Positions 10,201 to 17,265 of a stretch of 64,000 nt of DNA are shown here, piece by piece. Origin of the DNA: Bacteroidota bacterium (GTDB lineage: Bacteria; Bacteroidota; Bacteroidia; 2-12-FULL-35-15). Location of the stretch: NCBI GenBank assembly GCA_023251835.1, contig JAHEXZ010000020.1, positions 3,694 to 67,693 of the forward strand, written 5' to 3'. How positions within the stretch are numbered: the stretch's first letter is position 1; each line of letters opens with the position of its first letter. Below the pieces are notes generated by a model. That model was not told the DNA's origin and searched no databases. It worked only from the letters and a program-made list of their open reading frames with translations. Both the position numbers and the translations under genes were made by a program.

Positions 10201-10929
10201 AACCACCCCTTGGGTTGTAGTATAATTGGTAAAACGGCAGCCATTTTTTATGGCTCCGAAGCAAGGGTCAAGTTTACTTATACCATTGCTGGTTCCGAAC
10301 CATAGATTTCCTGTTTTATCCTCCATAATACAGGAAACTTTATTATTGACAAGCCCTTGAGCGGTAGTAAAAGTTTCAAAAAACTGCCCGTCATATTTAC
10401 TCACTCCACCTCCCGTAGTACCAAACCAAAGATTTCCTTTTTTATCCTCAACAATACTCCTAACAATGTTGCCCGCCAATCCCTGAGCTATAGTAAAATT
10501 GGTAAACGATTTGCCGTCATATCTGCTTACACCACCGCCATAAGTACCAAACCACAGATTGCCTACTTTATCTCTATACCCACAAGCAATACTGCTTAAT
10601 GCCAGACCTTGTTCAGTGTTGAAGTTTTGCATAAATGTAAAGCCACCCGCTTCCCCCATCGGTAAATATTTTGTTACTGGCGCACCAACAGTTATTGTCT
10701 GGCCCACATCTTTGGTTTGAATAGTATAAATAACATTTCCTTTTTCAGAAGGGACAAGAACAGCAGGTTTAAAACAGGTATCTAACAATGTTACAAGCGG
10801 GTTGGCCACTGTAACAATTTTGGGAGGGGTATAAAAATCTTCCTTTTTTTTCTTGTCCGATTTTCTTTTGTTCTCACAGGATAAGAAACAAAAAACAAAT
10901 ACTAAAAGCAAAGCACAAAAGCGAAACAT
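7276..10929 (-). CDS. Sensor phosphatase: two-component-regulator beta-propeller repeats + Y_Y_Y domain + TM + coiled coil + PP2C/SpoIIE phosphatase
   Basis: 1217 aa with more than 12 repeats of GN(L/I)WFGT..GG(V/L)S(R/K)YDG..FTN(F/Y)T...GL. Followed by YQYFLAGYDNRW...YTFKLKAQ (Y_Y_Y), a TM helix and PP2C motifs AICDSTGHGVPGAFMS, DGMD, YTDGYADQFGG and DDVLIIGI. Confidence 0.85.
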   Translation of the reverse strand: MFRFCALLLVFVFCFLSCENKRKSDKKKKEDFYTPPKIVTVANPLVTLLDTCFKPAVLVPSEKGNVIYTIQTKDVGQTITVGAPVTKYLPMGEAGGFTFMQNFNTEQGLALSSIACGYRDKVGNLWFGTYGGGVSRYDGKSFTNFTIAQGLAGNIVRSIVEDKKGNLWFGTTGGGVSKYDGQFFETFTTAQGLVNNKVSCIMEDKTGNLWFGTSNGISKLDPCFGAIKNGCRFTNYTTTQGVVCNDVSSIIEDKKGNIWFGTSNGISKYNSGTKLFTNFTSAGTIHPNVSCIIEDKMGNIWFGTYGSGLCKYDGKLFTNFSIAQGLLSPSVNSIMEDGEGNLWFGTYGGGVSRYDGKSFTNFTTAEGLANNTVFSITNDKMGDIWFGTYGGGLSKYDGKSVTSFSPAQGLVSDKVWSITEDRKGNLWFATSSGISEYIPNNTGTGSPSFTNYSSDILTANVRGGIEDKMGNLWFGISSGASKYDGKSFTYYSTAQGMINNGVYSIIEDKKGNIWFGTNGGGIVKYDGNRVEAIERGENIPQDELKKLNGKLAKSFTNYTTAHGLVNNSVKCIAEDKKGNIWFGTKGSGVSRYDGTSFVNYTTAQGLANNTIYAIKEDRMGNLWFATAGGGISKLVKSDTGRNLSKKIFINYTTIQGLASDVVYAIVEDSLNNILWFGTNLGISGLHLNTLSLGEGNIKFENFNNHTGYPIKDINTGSMYMDSKGILWAGTGDKLVRFDYKEVNKSTEPPVAFIQSLKIQEEKICWNTLKSALFGKQNNREDSLATINEEATIFNHVLTDAQRNEMHEKFADIKFDSIRNFYPVPENLVLPYTHNNITFDYGAIETGKPQLVRYQYFLAGYDNRWGPVTDKSTATFGNIYEGTYTFKLKAQSPDGIWSEPILYTFRVLPPWYRTWWMYCSYVFVVSIAGALFFRWRTAALRKEKEILERTVTERTKEVVEQKELIEEKQKEIVDSINYAKRIQYTLLAHDKLLQKNLKEYFVLFQPKDIVSGDFYWATEKEDAFYLAICDSTGHGVPGAFMSLLNISFLNEAINEKNIKEPNEIFNHVRQRLIESISQEGAQDGMDGILLCLECFPSEKTKCTYAAANNAPLLIRNGSIIELPTDKMPVGKGERGMPFTFHTIDCQKGDVIYFYTDGYADQFGGPKGKKFKYKQLNELLLAIHQKPMDEQENLLKTTLEKWKGNVEQVDDVLIIGITI

Positions 10930-11003
10930 CTTCTTTTAGGGATTATACCGAAATAAAAACGGGTTTTTCATTCTGGCAAGTGGGTAAAACCGTTGGATAC
11001 ATA

Positions 11004-11411
11004 TTAAAAATCCCGATGATCTTTAACATACTCAGTAATATAATCCACAATCTCTTTCGTATCTGTTCCCGGAGGAAACAGCTTACCAACGCCCTGTTTA
11101 CTAAGGTTTTCCATATCTTTAGCGGGAATAATTCCGCCACCTGTAAGAAGTACATCATTCAACCCTTTTTCTTTCATAAGGGTTATTATCTTAGGAAAAA
11201 CTGTATTATGTGCGCCCGAAAGGATGCTAACCCCAACAACGTCAACATCCTCTTGCAAAGCAGTATTTACAACCATTTCAGGAGTTTGGCGGAGTCCGGT
11301 ATAAATTACTTCCATACCTGCATCTCTTAAGAAAGAAGCAATAACTTTTGCACCGCGGTCATGCCCGTCAAGTCCCACTTTGGCAATTAAAACTCGTATT
11401 GGTCGGTTCAT
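11004..11411 (-). CDS. Cobalamin (B12)-binding domain protein, methylmalonyl-CoA mutase small-subunit type
   Basis: 135 aa. [34 protein letters not shown]...[13 protein letters not shown] contains the D-x-H-x-x-G B12-binding motif. Confidence 0.85.
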   Translation of the reverse strand: MNRPIRVLIAKVGLDGHDRGAKVIASFLRDAGMEVIYTGLRQTPEMVVNTALQEDVDVVGVSILSGAHNTVFPKIITLMKEKGLNDVLLTGGGIIPAKDMENLSKQGVGKLFPPGTDTKEIVDYITEYVKDHRDF

Positions 11412-11434
11412 AAATAATAATTTTTAATCTTTTT

Positions 11435-11478
11435 ACGAATATACTAAAACGAATAACGAATTTTAACGAATAACGAAT
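11435..11478 (-). promoter_or_regulatory. Array of five ACGAAT (coding strand ATTCGT) heptamer-like repeats upstream of the B12-binding gene
   Basis: ACGAAT occurs at 11435, 11449, 11456, 11466 and 11473 (aacgaat aacgaat ttt aacgaat aacgaat), 24-67 nt upstream of the start at 11411. Confidence 0.4.
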
Positions 11479-11521
11479 AAATATTCAAATGACAATCGGA
11501 TTAATTTGACCGAACTACCAA

Positions 11522-14500
11522 CTAAAAGCTATGTATGCCTGGCATAACAGGCAAAGAAATATAGAATATTGTTCCTTTTCCAATTTCTGTTTCAAATCCT
11601 ATTCTCCCGTTTATGCTTTCAACTATATTCTTTACCATTGCCAGCCCAAGACCCATACCGGCTGTTTTCGTGGTAAAATTAGGAACAAAAATTTTATCCC
11701 TTACCTCATCGCTTATTCCGCTGCCATTATCTTTAATACTAATAATATAATACTGGTTTTCTTGTTTAAGTTCAATTTCAATTTTTCCTTTTCTTTCTTC
11801 GGATATAGCCTGAATTGCATTTTTAATGAGATTATTAAATACCCGCAGAAGCTGTTCTTTATCGGCCATTACAACAACATCAGCAACAATTGAGTTTCTA
11901 AAGTCAATACTTATGTTTTCCTGCTCCTGAAACAATGCAATACTGTTTTGAAGTACCTGCTGTACATTAATCTTTTCAAGGTTGGCTTTTGGCATTTTAG
12001 CAAAATTTGAAAATTCTGTTGCTATGCTTGAAAGTGTATCAATCTGTTCAATAATTGTTTGTGTAAGCCGTTCCATCTTTTGTTCCTTATCAGATGCATC
12101 ATCCTTCCACACACGCATTAAATGCTGAACACTTAATTTCATTGGAGTAAGCGGATTTTTAATTTCATGCGCAACCTGTTTCGCCATTTCACGCCAGGCA
12201 CTTTCCCGCTCTGATTTTGCAAGCAATTCAGCGCTTTTTGCAAGCTCTAAAATCATCCTGTTATATTCACTCACAAGGTTTCCTATTTCATCTTTTTCAG
12301 GCCATTCGATTAGTTCATTGGTTTTTCCCAGCTTTATTTTGCTTAATTTATCCTGTATTAATTTTAATGGCTTGGTTACATAATTAGAAATGAGAATTGC
12401 TGTAACAATTGACAAAGCAAATAACAATACATAAATATTTATAAGGGCAACAAGAAATCCGGAAATCTCTTTTTCCAATTCATTCTGCTTCGCAAAATAA
12501 GGCAGGTTAATATATGCAAAGAGTTTTCCTTCTTTATTTTTAAATGGAATATAGGCGGATAAATATTCCAATTTACCTATTCGTTCATCATGGATATATT
12601 CTGTTTTACTTAAAACAGCCATCTGCAGGAAAGCTTCAGGGTTCATCTTTTTAGATGTCAGCCCCTCATTAAATACTTTTGGACGCGATGACGCATATAA
12701 ATTACCCTGTTTATCATATAAATTAATATCTGTAAAGAAAACGTTTGATAATTTTTTTAACATGAAGGTGATGTATTCTGTAATATCTTTCGATAACTCT
12801 TTTTCATCAGCAAGCTTAGATTCCATTTCCATCAATACGGAATGGGTTTTTTCACTGATATTTTCATGATTCTTGGTTTCAAATTGCTGCTTTATATAAT
12901 ATATTGTCCCTCCCCCAAATAGAGCTAAAGAGATTAGTACGATAAAAACCAGAAACAACTGTATACGGTATTTAAAACTGAAATTCCTAAACAATGCACC
13001 ACCCAAAATCTGACGGAAAAGTAAGAGTGATAACAATAACAAACTAAAAAAAGTAAATAAATAGGAAAATGTAGTTATTTGATCTACGACACCTTCTTTT
13101 CGTTTGCTCAATACAATTAAGGTGTTTGGGTCGGGCTGGTATAACAGATGATTAAAATTTTCCTTGTCAGTAAATATAAAATTATCATTGCTGTTGCCAT
13201 GATAAAAATCAAAACGGTTTAAATTATATGGAAATTTCCCGAATTGATTCACTAACCGGATGTATTTATACTTGGCATAAGAATAATTGTTTAACTCCTG
13301 TGATAAACCTATATTTCTATCGAGCAACAATTCAGGAAAACCAATCTCATCTGAAATAAATTTTGAATCGAGTTCAATATAAAGAATACCTAATTTTACA
13401 TGTTTATATAGTGGCAGCCTGGCCATATAACTAATTTTCCCATATTCATTATTAATAAATGTAAGATTGCTATTAGAGGTAGGAAGCCCTTTCTTTGAAA
13501 TTAATTCATCGAAATAAAGATTATTATCAAATAATGAATTAGGAGAAGTAACTATTGGAATACAAAGACTGTCAAAAAATGTAATCCGAACATCATATTT
13601 CTCCCAAAAACCGCTGAAATATTCTTGTTTCAGACGTTTTTCAAATGCGGCAGGCTGTTTTTCACTTCCGCTTAAATAAGAAACCAGAACAGAATCATTA
13701 TCTAATTTATTTTTCACATCCTGGAATAAAAATTCGGCTACCGGGTCCTGTTCTGCCGCCAATTTTTCAGCATATACCTTCCTGCTTTCAATTTCTTTTA
13801 TATCAGTATACTTGATAAAAATATGCATTGCATAAAAAGAAAAAAGAAACACCAAAAACACTATCTGTGCAAATGGATAAGCCATTTGTTTTCGCTTAAT
13901 CAGAATTACTGAAACAATTACGATAAAAGGCCAGAAAACAATAATAAGGTCGAGTATTCCCAACAAATGCAAAATAACAGCATGCACAATTGCAGAGATC
14001 AGCAAAACAAAAACGTATTGCTTTTTATTCAGTTGGGCTTGTTTTATTACAGTTATTACCTTATCTATAATCAAAAAATAAATAAACAAAAACAACCCAA
14101 TAATAATTAAGGCTATATATGTGTATTCATTTATACTAAACAGGTTATTAATGCCAAAAGGGATATTCGAATTTTTAATCAGACTTAAAAAAAGAGAAGT
14201 ACTAATCCAGGAATACCAAAAGAGAGAGAGTATTAATAGTAATGAAAGAATTATCTTTTTAGAATTTCTGAGTCTGCTTAAAATACCGTCTATGTTAAAC
14301 TCATTTATAACAAAATAAACCAGGATGAAAAACAGAATAGTATTTATTAATAAATCACCAAGTGAAACCAACCATAGAGAATTTGCATCGGCATATATTG
14401 AAGGGCTGAATAGCTCGTAATCATAAAATACTTTTGGTAATGAGAATTTAATCGTCAAATAACGCAGTACAACTATAGTAACTATAAATGCTGCTAAAGC

Positions 14501-15232
14501 AGTATTACTACCAATAGAAGGTCGTAAAATAAAAAACAGCTTTTTAAAAAAGAGAATCGTAAATAGGAATCCAAGTAAATTACATAACAATGCAAGGTTT
14601 GAGCCCAATCCTGCATAACTACCATCGTTAAATAACTCCAGTGAAAACAAATAATCTCCATTACAATTCTTTATCTGGCTTTTTGTAACTAAAGGATTAA
14701 CAACTAATTTGGTTTCCGCAGGAACATGAAAATTTTTCTGAAATTCATTCACCAAATATTTATTCTGGTATGGAAATTCGTTTTTTATAAGAATCAATCC
14801 AATAATTACCTTTGCAGTTGATGCGTCAGAGTATGGTCTCATCACTTCAAACCACCCATTCCGAAGCTTCGCCATTCTTGTATCCAGACAAACTTCTTTT
14901 AACCAGTTTTCAACAGCAATTGAATTGTCGCTCCAGAATTTTAGTGTGTCATTTTCATATATTAATAATGCAAGACCTTCTTTTTCAAGCAAACGGCTGT
15001 AATACAATGAATTTCCGACAAACAACTGATTAAAAGTTTGCGTTTGTGCCTGTTGCGACAGAGCTTGAATTTCCACCTTTAAACGCTGCTCTTTTTTATG
15101 CAAAGTTTCTGTAAAATCAGTAACAACAGAAGAAGGAATATCCACAAAAGGATGATGCAAAAAATAGGCTGAAACAAAACACAGTACAGCCACTACAGCA
15201 AAAGAGAATTTATTCTTTAAAAAATTATTCAC
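11522..15232 (-). CDS. Large polytopic sensor histidine kinase (NtrY-like H-box)
   Basis: 1236 aa. The N-terminal half has many hydrophobic helices. The C-terminus has an HAMP-like region, H-box AHEIKNPLTPM, N-box NLIKNAIQA and G-boxes DNGSGI / GMGLGLAMV. Confidence 0.85.
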   Translation of the reverse strand: MNNFLKNKFSFAVVAVLCFVSAYFLHHPFVDIPSSVVTDFTETLHKKEQRLKVEIQALSQQAQTQTFNQLFVGNSLYYSRLLEKEGLALLIYENDTLKFWSDNSIAVENWLKEVCLDTRMAKLRNGWFEVMRPYSDASTAKVIIGLILIKNEFPYQNKYLVNEFQKNFHVPAETKLVVNPLVTKSQIKNCNGDYLFSLELFNDGSYAGLGSNLALLCNLLGFLFTILFFKKLFFILRPSIGSNTALAAFIVTIVVLRYLTIKFSLPKVFYDYELFSPSIYADANSLWLVSLGDLLINTILFFILVYFVINEFNIDGILSRLRNSKKIILSLLLILSLFWYSWISTSLFLSLIKNSNIPFGINNLFSINEYTYIALIIIGLFLFIYFLIIDKVITVIKQAQLNKKQYVFVLLISAIVHAVILHLLGILDLIIVFWPFIVIVSVILIKRKQMAYPFAQIVFLVFLFSFYAMHIFIKYTDIKEIESRKVYAEKLAAEQDPVAEFLFQDVKNKLDNDSVLVSYLSGSEKQPAAFEKRLKQEYFSGFWEKYDVRITFFDSLCIPIVTSPNSLFDNNLYFDELISKKGLPTSNSNLTFINNEYGKISYMARLPLYKHVKLGILYIELDSKFISDEIGFPELLLDRNIGLSQELNNYSYAKYKYIRLVNQFGKFPYNLNRFDFYHGNSNDNFIFTDKENFNHLLYQPDPNTLIVLSKRKEGVVDQITTFSYLFTFFSLLLLSLLLFRQILGGALFRNFSFKYRIQLFLVFIVLISLALFGGGTIYYIKQQFETKNHENISEKTHSVLMEMESKLADEKELSKDITEYITFMLKKLSNVFFTDINLYDKQGNLYASSRPKVFNEGLTSKKMNPEAFLQMAVLSKTEYIHDERIGKLEYLSAYIPFKNKEGKLFAYINLPYFAKQNELEKEISGFLVALINIYVLLFALSIVTAILISNYVTKPLKLIQDKLSKIKLGKTNELIEWPEKDEIGNLVSEYNRMILELAKSAELLAKSERESAWREMAKQVAHEIKNPLTPMKLSVQHLMRVWKDDASDKEQKMERLTQTIIEQIDTLSSIATEFSNFAKMPKANLEKINVQQVLQNSIALFQEQENISIDFRNSIVADVVVMADKEQLLRVFNNLIKNAIQAISEERKGKIEIELKQENQYYIISIKDNGSGISDEVRDKIFVPNFTTKTAGMGLGLAMVKNIVESINGRIGFETEIGKGTIFYISLPVMPGIHSF

Positions 15233-15261
15233 TGCTAAAAAAATTTTTATTCGTGTACCTT

Positions 15262-15438
15262 AGTATAGTTTTCAAAATAACTTCCTCAATCCACGCACAT
15301 ATTTCGACAAGCTCAATATGACTCGCGCGCGGTCAGTCAGAGCTAGTTTACCCTGAGCGAAGTCGAAGGGAAGACTGTGGGTAGCAATTTGAAAACGAAT
15401 CATATTTCTTTTGTTGAAGTTATTCTGAAAACTTTACT
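15262..15438. mobile_element. MITE-like 177-bp inverted-repeat element, copy A
   Basis: Same length as 21506-21682 with 6 mismatches and no indels. Imperfect terminal inverted repeats (the copy-A ends differ from the 23-nt agtaaagttttcaaaataacttc TIR of copy B at one position each). No coding capacity. Confidence 0.7.
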
Positions 15439-15439
15439 T

Positions 15440-15602
15440 AGCGCCTGTTTAAAATTTATTTAATTTTATCGCTATGCCTCTTTGAGGCTGCAACTTCGTT
15501 GGATTTTTTAGCCAGAATTGCTCCACTATAGCTGCAAAATCTTCCGCATTTGACGGGATCAAAAATACACTTAATTCATAAAATAAAATTTAAACAGGCG
15601 CT
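15440..15602. repeat. 163-bp segment bounded by a 14-bp perfect inverted repeat (agcgcctgtttaaa / tttaaacaggcgct)
   Basis: Arms at 15440-15453 and 15589-15602, immediately next to MITE copy A. Contains an internal small hairpin gcctctttgaggc. Single copy in the window. Confidence 0.45.
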
Positions 15603-15770
15603 TATAACTATAGTTTTGTAAATATATTATGCTTTATTGATTTTTGTAAGCTCCGCACATAAAAATACAATGGAAGGATTTTGAACATTTCTATAAACAT
15701 AGAGTTCCTTCGGAGTTCAACAAAAATGCTGAAATTTATACCGTTCAATGTAGAATAAAAAACACTAAAA

Positions 15771-16169
15771 ATGATAAACCATATAAAATATATTGAAACC
15801 ATACTTTATGTCAGCAATCAACAAGAAAGCTGTATATTTTATCAAAATATTTTTCGTAATCCCCCTGATTTGAATGTTCCCGGGATGACAGAGTTTATTA
15901 TAGCTGATAATTGCAAGATTGGTTTAATGCCAAATAAAGGAATTGCAAATATACTTGCTGATAAAACCCCACATCCTGACAGTGGGAGTGGTATTCCAAG
16001 ATGCGAACTCTATTTTTATGTTGATAATATTCAGTTTGAATTTGAAAATGCAATAAAAAGCGGAGCAAAATTAATAAGCCCTATCAGTGAAAGAGATTGG
16101 GGTGATAAAGCATGTTATTTTTCAGATAATGACGGACATATTATAGCGTTTGCGGAAAAAATAAAATAA
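15771..16169 (+). CDS. VOC (glyoxalase/bleomycin-resistance) family protein
   Basis: 132 aa. Size and the pattern IETILYVSNQQES..FY......ISERDWGDKACYFSDNDGHIIAFAE are typical of VOC fold proteins. Confidence 0.7.
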   Translation: MINHIKYIETILYVSNQQESCIFYQNIFRNPPDLNVPGMTEFIIADNCKIGLMPNKGIANILADKTPHPDSGSGIPRCELYFYVDNIQFEFENAIKSGAKLISPISERDWGDKACYFSDNDGHIIAFAEKIK

Positions 16170-16209
16170 GTCGATCATAAAAGCAAACCAGAACCTTAAC
16201 TATCACTAT

Positions 16210-17178
16210 TTATAACGACAGAATCTCCAGCATTCGCAACAGATCAGGATCCAGGCGTTGTGTATGTTTTACAGCATTTTCAAACGGAGTATAGGCAATC
16301 TTTTTATTTATAATGCCAACCATAACCCCTGTTTTACCTGCCATTAATGCTTCAACAGCGGCAAATCCCATACGGCTGCTGTTTACACGATCCATTGCTG
16401 TAGGATTCCCGCCACGTTGTATGTGGCCAAGAACGGTTACACGTGTATCAAAATCGGGTAACTGTTTCTTTACCTTTTCTGCAATGGCAAATGCATCTCC
16501 GGCTTCATCACCTTCAGCAACAATAATAATTTTAGATGATTTATTTTTACGGCCGCCCTTCAAACGTTTAATAAGATCTTCAACATCGGTTTTTGTTTCG
16601 GGCATCAAAATACATTCAGCGCCAACTCCAATACCCGAACGCAATGCAATAAGTCCGGCATCACGTCCCATCACTTCAACAAAAAATAAACGATCATGAC
16701 TTTCGGCTGTATCACGTATTTTATCTACTGCCTCAACAACAGTATTTATAGCTGTATCATAACCTATGGTAAAATCAGTGCCAATCAAGTCATTGTCAAT
16801 GGTTCCGGGACAGCCAACCATAGGAACGGAACAAATTTTGCTAAACTCCAAAGCGCCTCTGAAGGTACCATCACCACCAATTACAACAAGTCCATCAATA
16901 GCATGTTTCAGTATATTTTCAAGTGCCTTTTGTTGGCCATCGATAGTAAGAAACTTTTTACTGCGTGCAGTTTTTAAAATTGTCCCCCCCCTGTGAATAA
17001 TATTGGCCACGGACTTGGCGCCCAAAGGAATAAATTCGTTGCCTATCATTCCACTATAACCGTGCATAATTCCCATTACCTCAATATTGTTATAAGTAGC
17101 AGTACGCACTACTGCACGCATACATGCATTCATCCCCGGTGAATCACCGCCCGAAGTTAAAACAGCAATTTTTTTCAT
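16210..17178 (-). CDS. pfkA: ATP-dependent 6-phosphofructokinase
   Basis: 322 aa; motifs LTSGGDSPGMNA, VIGGDGT, PGTIDND, MGRDAG and LGHIQRGG. Confidence 0.95.
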   Translation of the reverse strand: MKKIAVLTSGGDSPGMNACMRAVVRTATYNNIEVMGIMHGYSGMIGNEFIPLGAKSVANIIHRGGTILKTARSKKFLTIDGQQKALENILKHAIDGLVVIGGDGTFRGALEFSKICSVPMVGCPGTIDNDLIGTDFTIGYDTAINTVVEAVDKIRDTAESHDRLFFVEVMGRDAGLIALRSGIGVGAECILMPETKTDVEDLIKRLKGGRKNKSSKIIIVAEGDEAGDAFAIAEKVKKQLPDFDTRVTVLGHIQRGGNPTAMDRVNSSRMGFAAVEALMAGKTGVMVGIINKKIAYTPFENAVKHTQRLDPDLLRMLEILSL

Positions 17179-17265
17179 CTGACCTTTGAATTACGAATCT
17201 TTTAATCAACGAATCCCGATAACTATCGTGACGAATCTATACTTTTATTGTCTATTGTTTAATTT

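Noticed and set aside
7276-10929. Multiple 60-95-aa ORFs in other frames and on the other strand (8328-8534, 8946-9185, 9578-9766, 9963-10244, 10043-10225, 10357-10599)
   Set aside because: All are nested in the 1217-aa propeller-PP2C gene and are low-complexity by-products of its internal repeats. They have no independent start context.
10943-11330. ORFs 10943-11158 (-) and 10980-11330 (+) overlapping the B12-binding gene region
   Set aside because: They overlap the motif-supported 11004-11411 CDS in other frames and show no recognisable features.
15608-15802. 64-aa minus-strand ORF in the kinase-VOC spacer
   Set aside because: It overlaps the start of the VOC gene, its sequence is an AT-rich hydrophobic artefact, and it has no plausible upstream signals.
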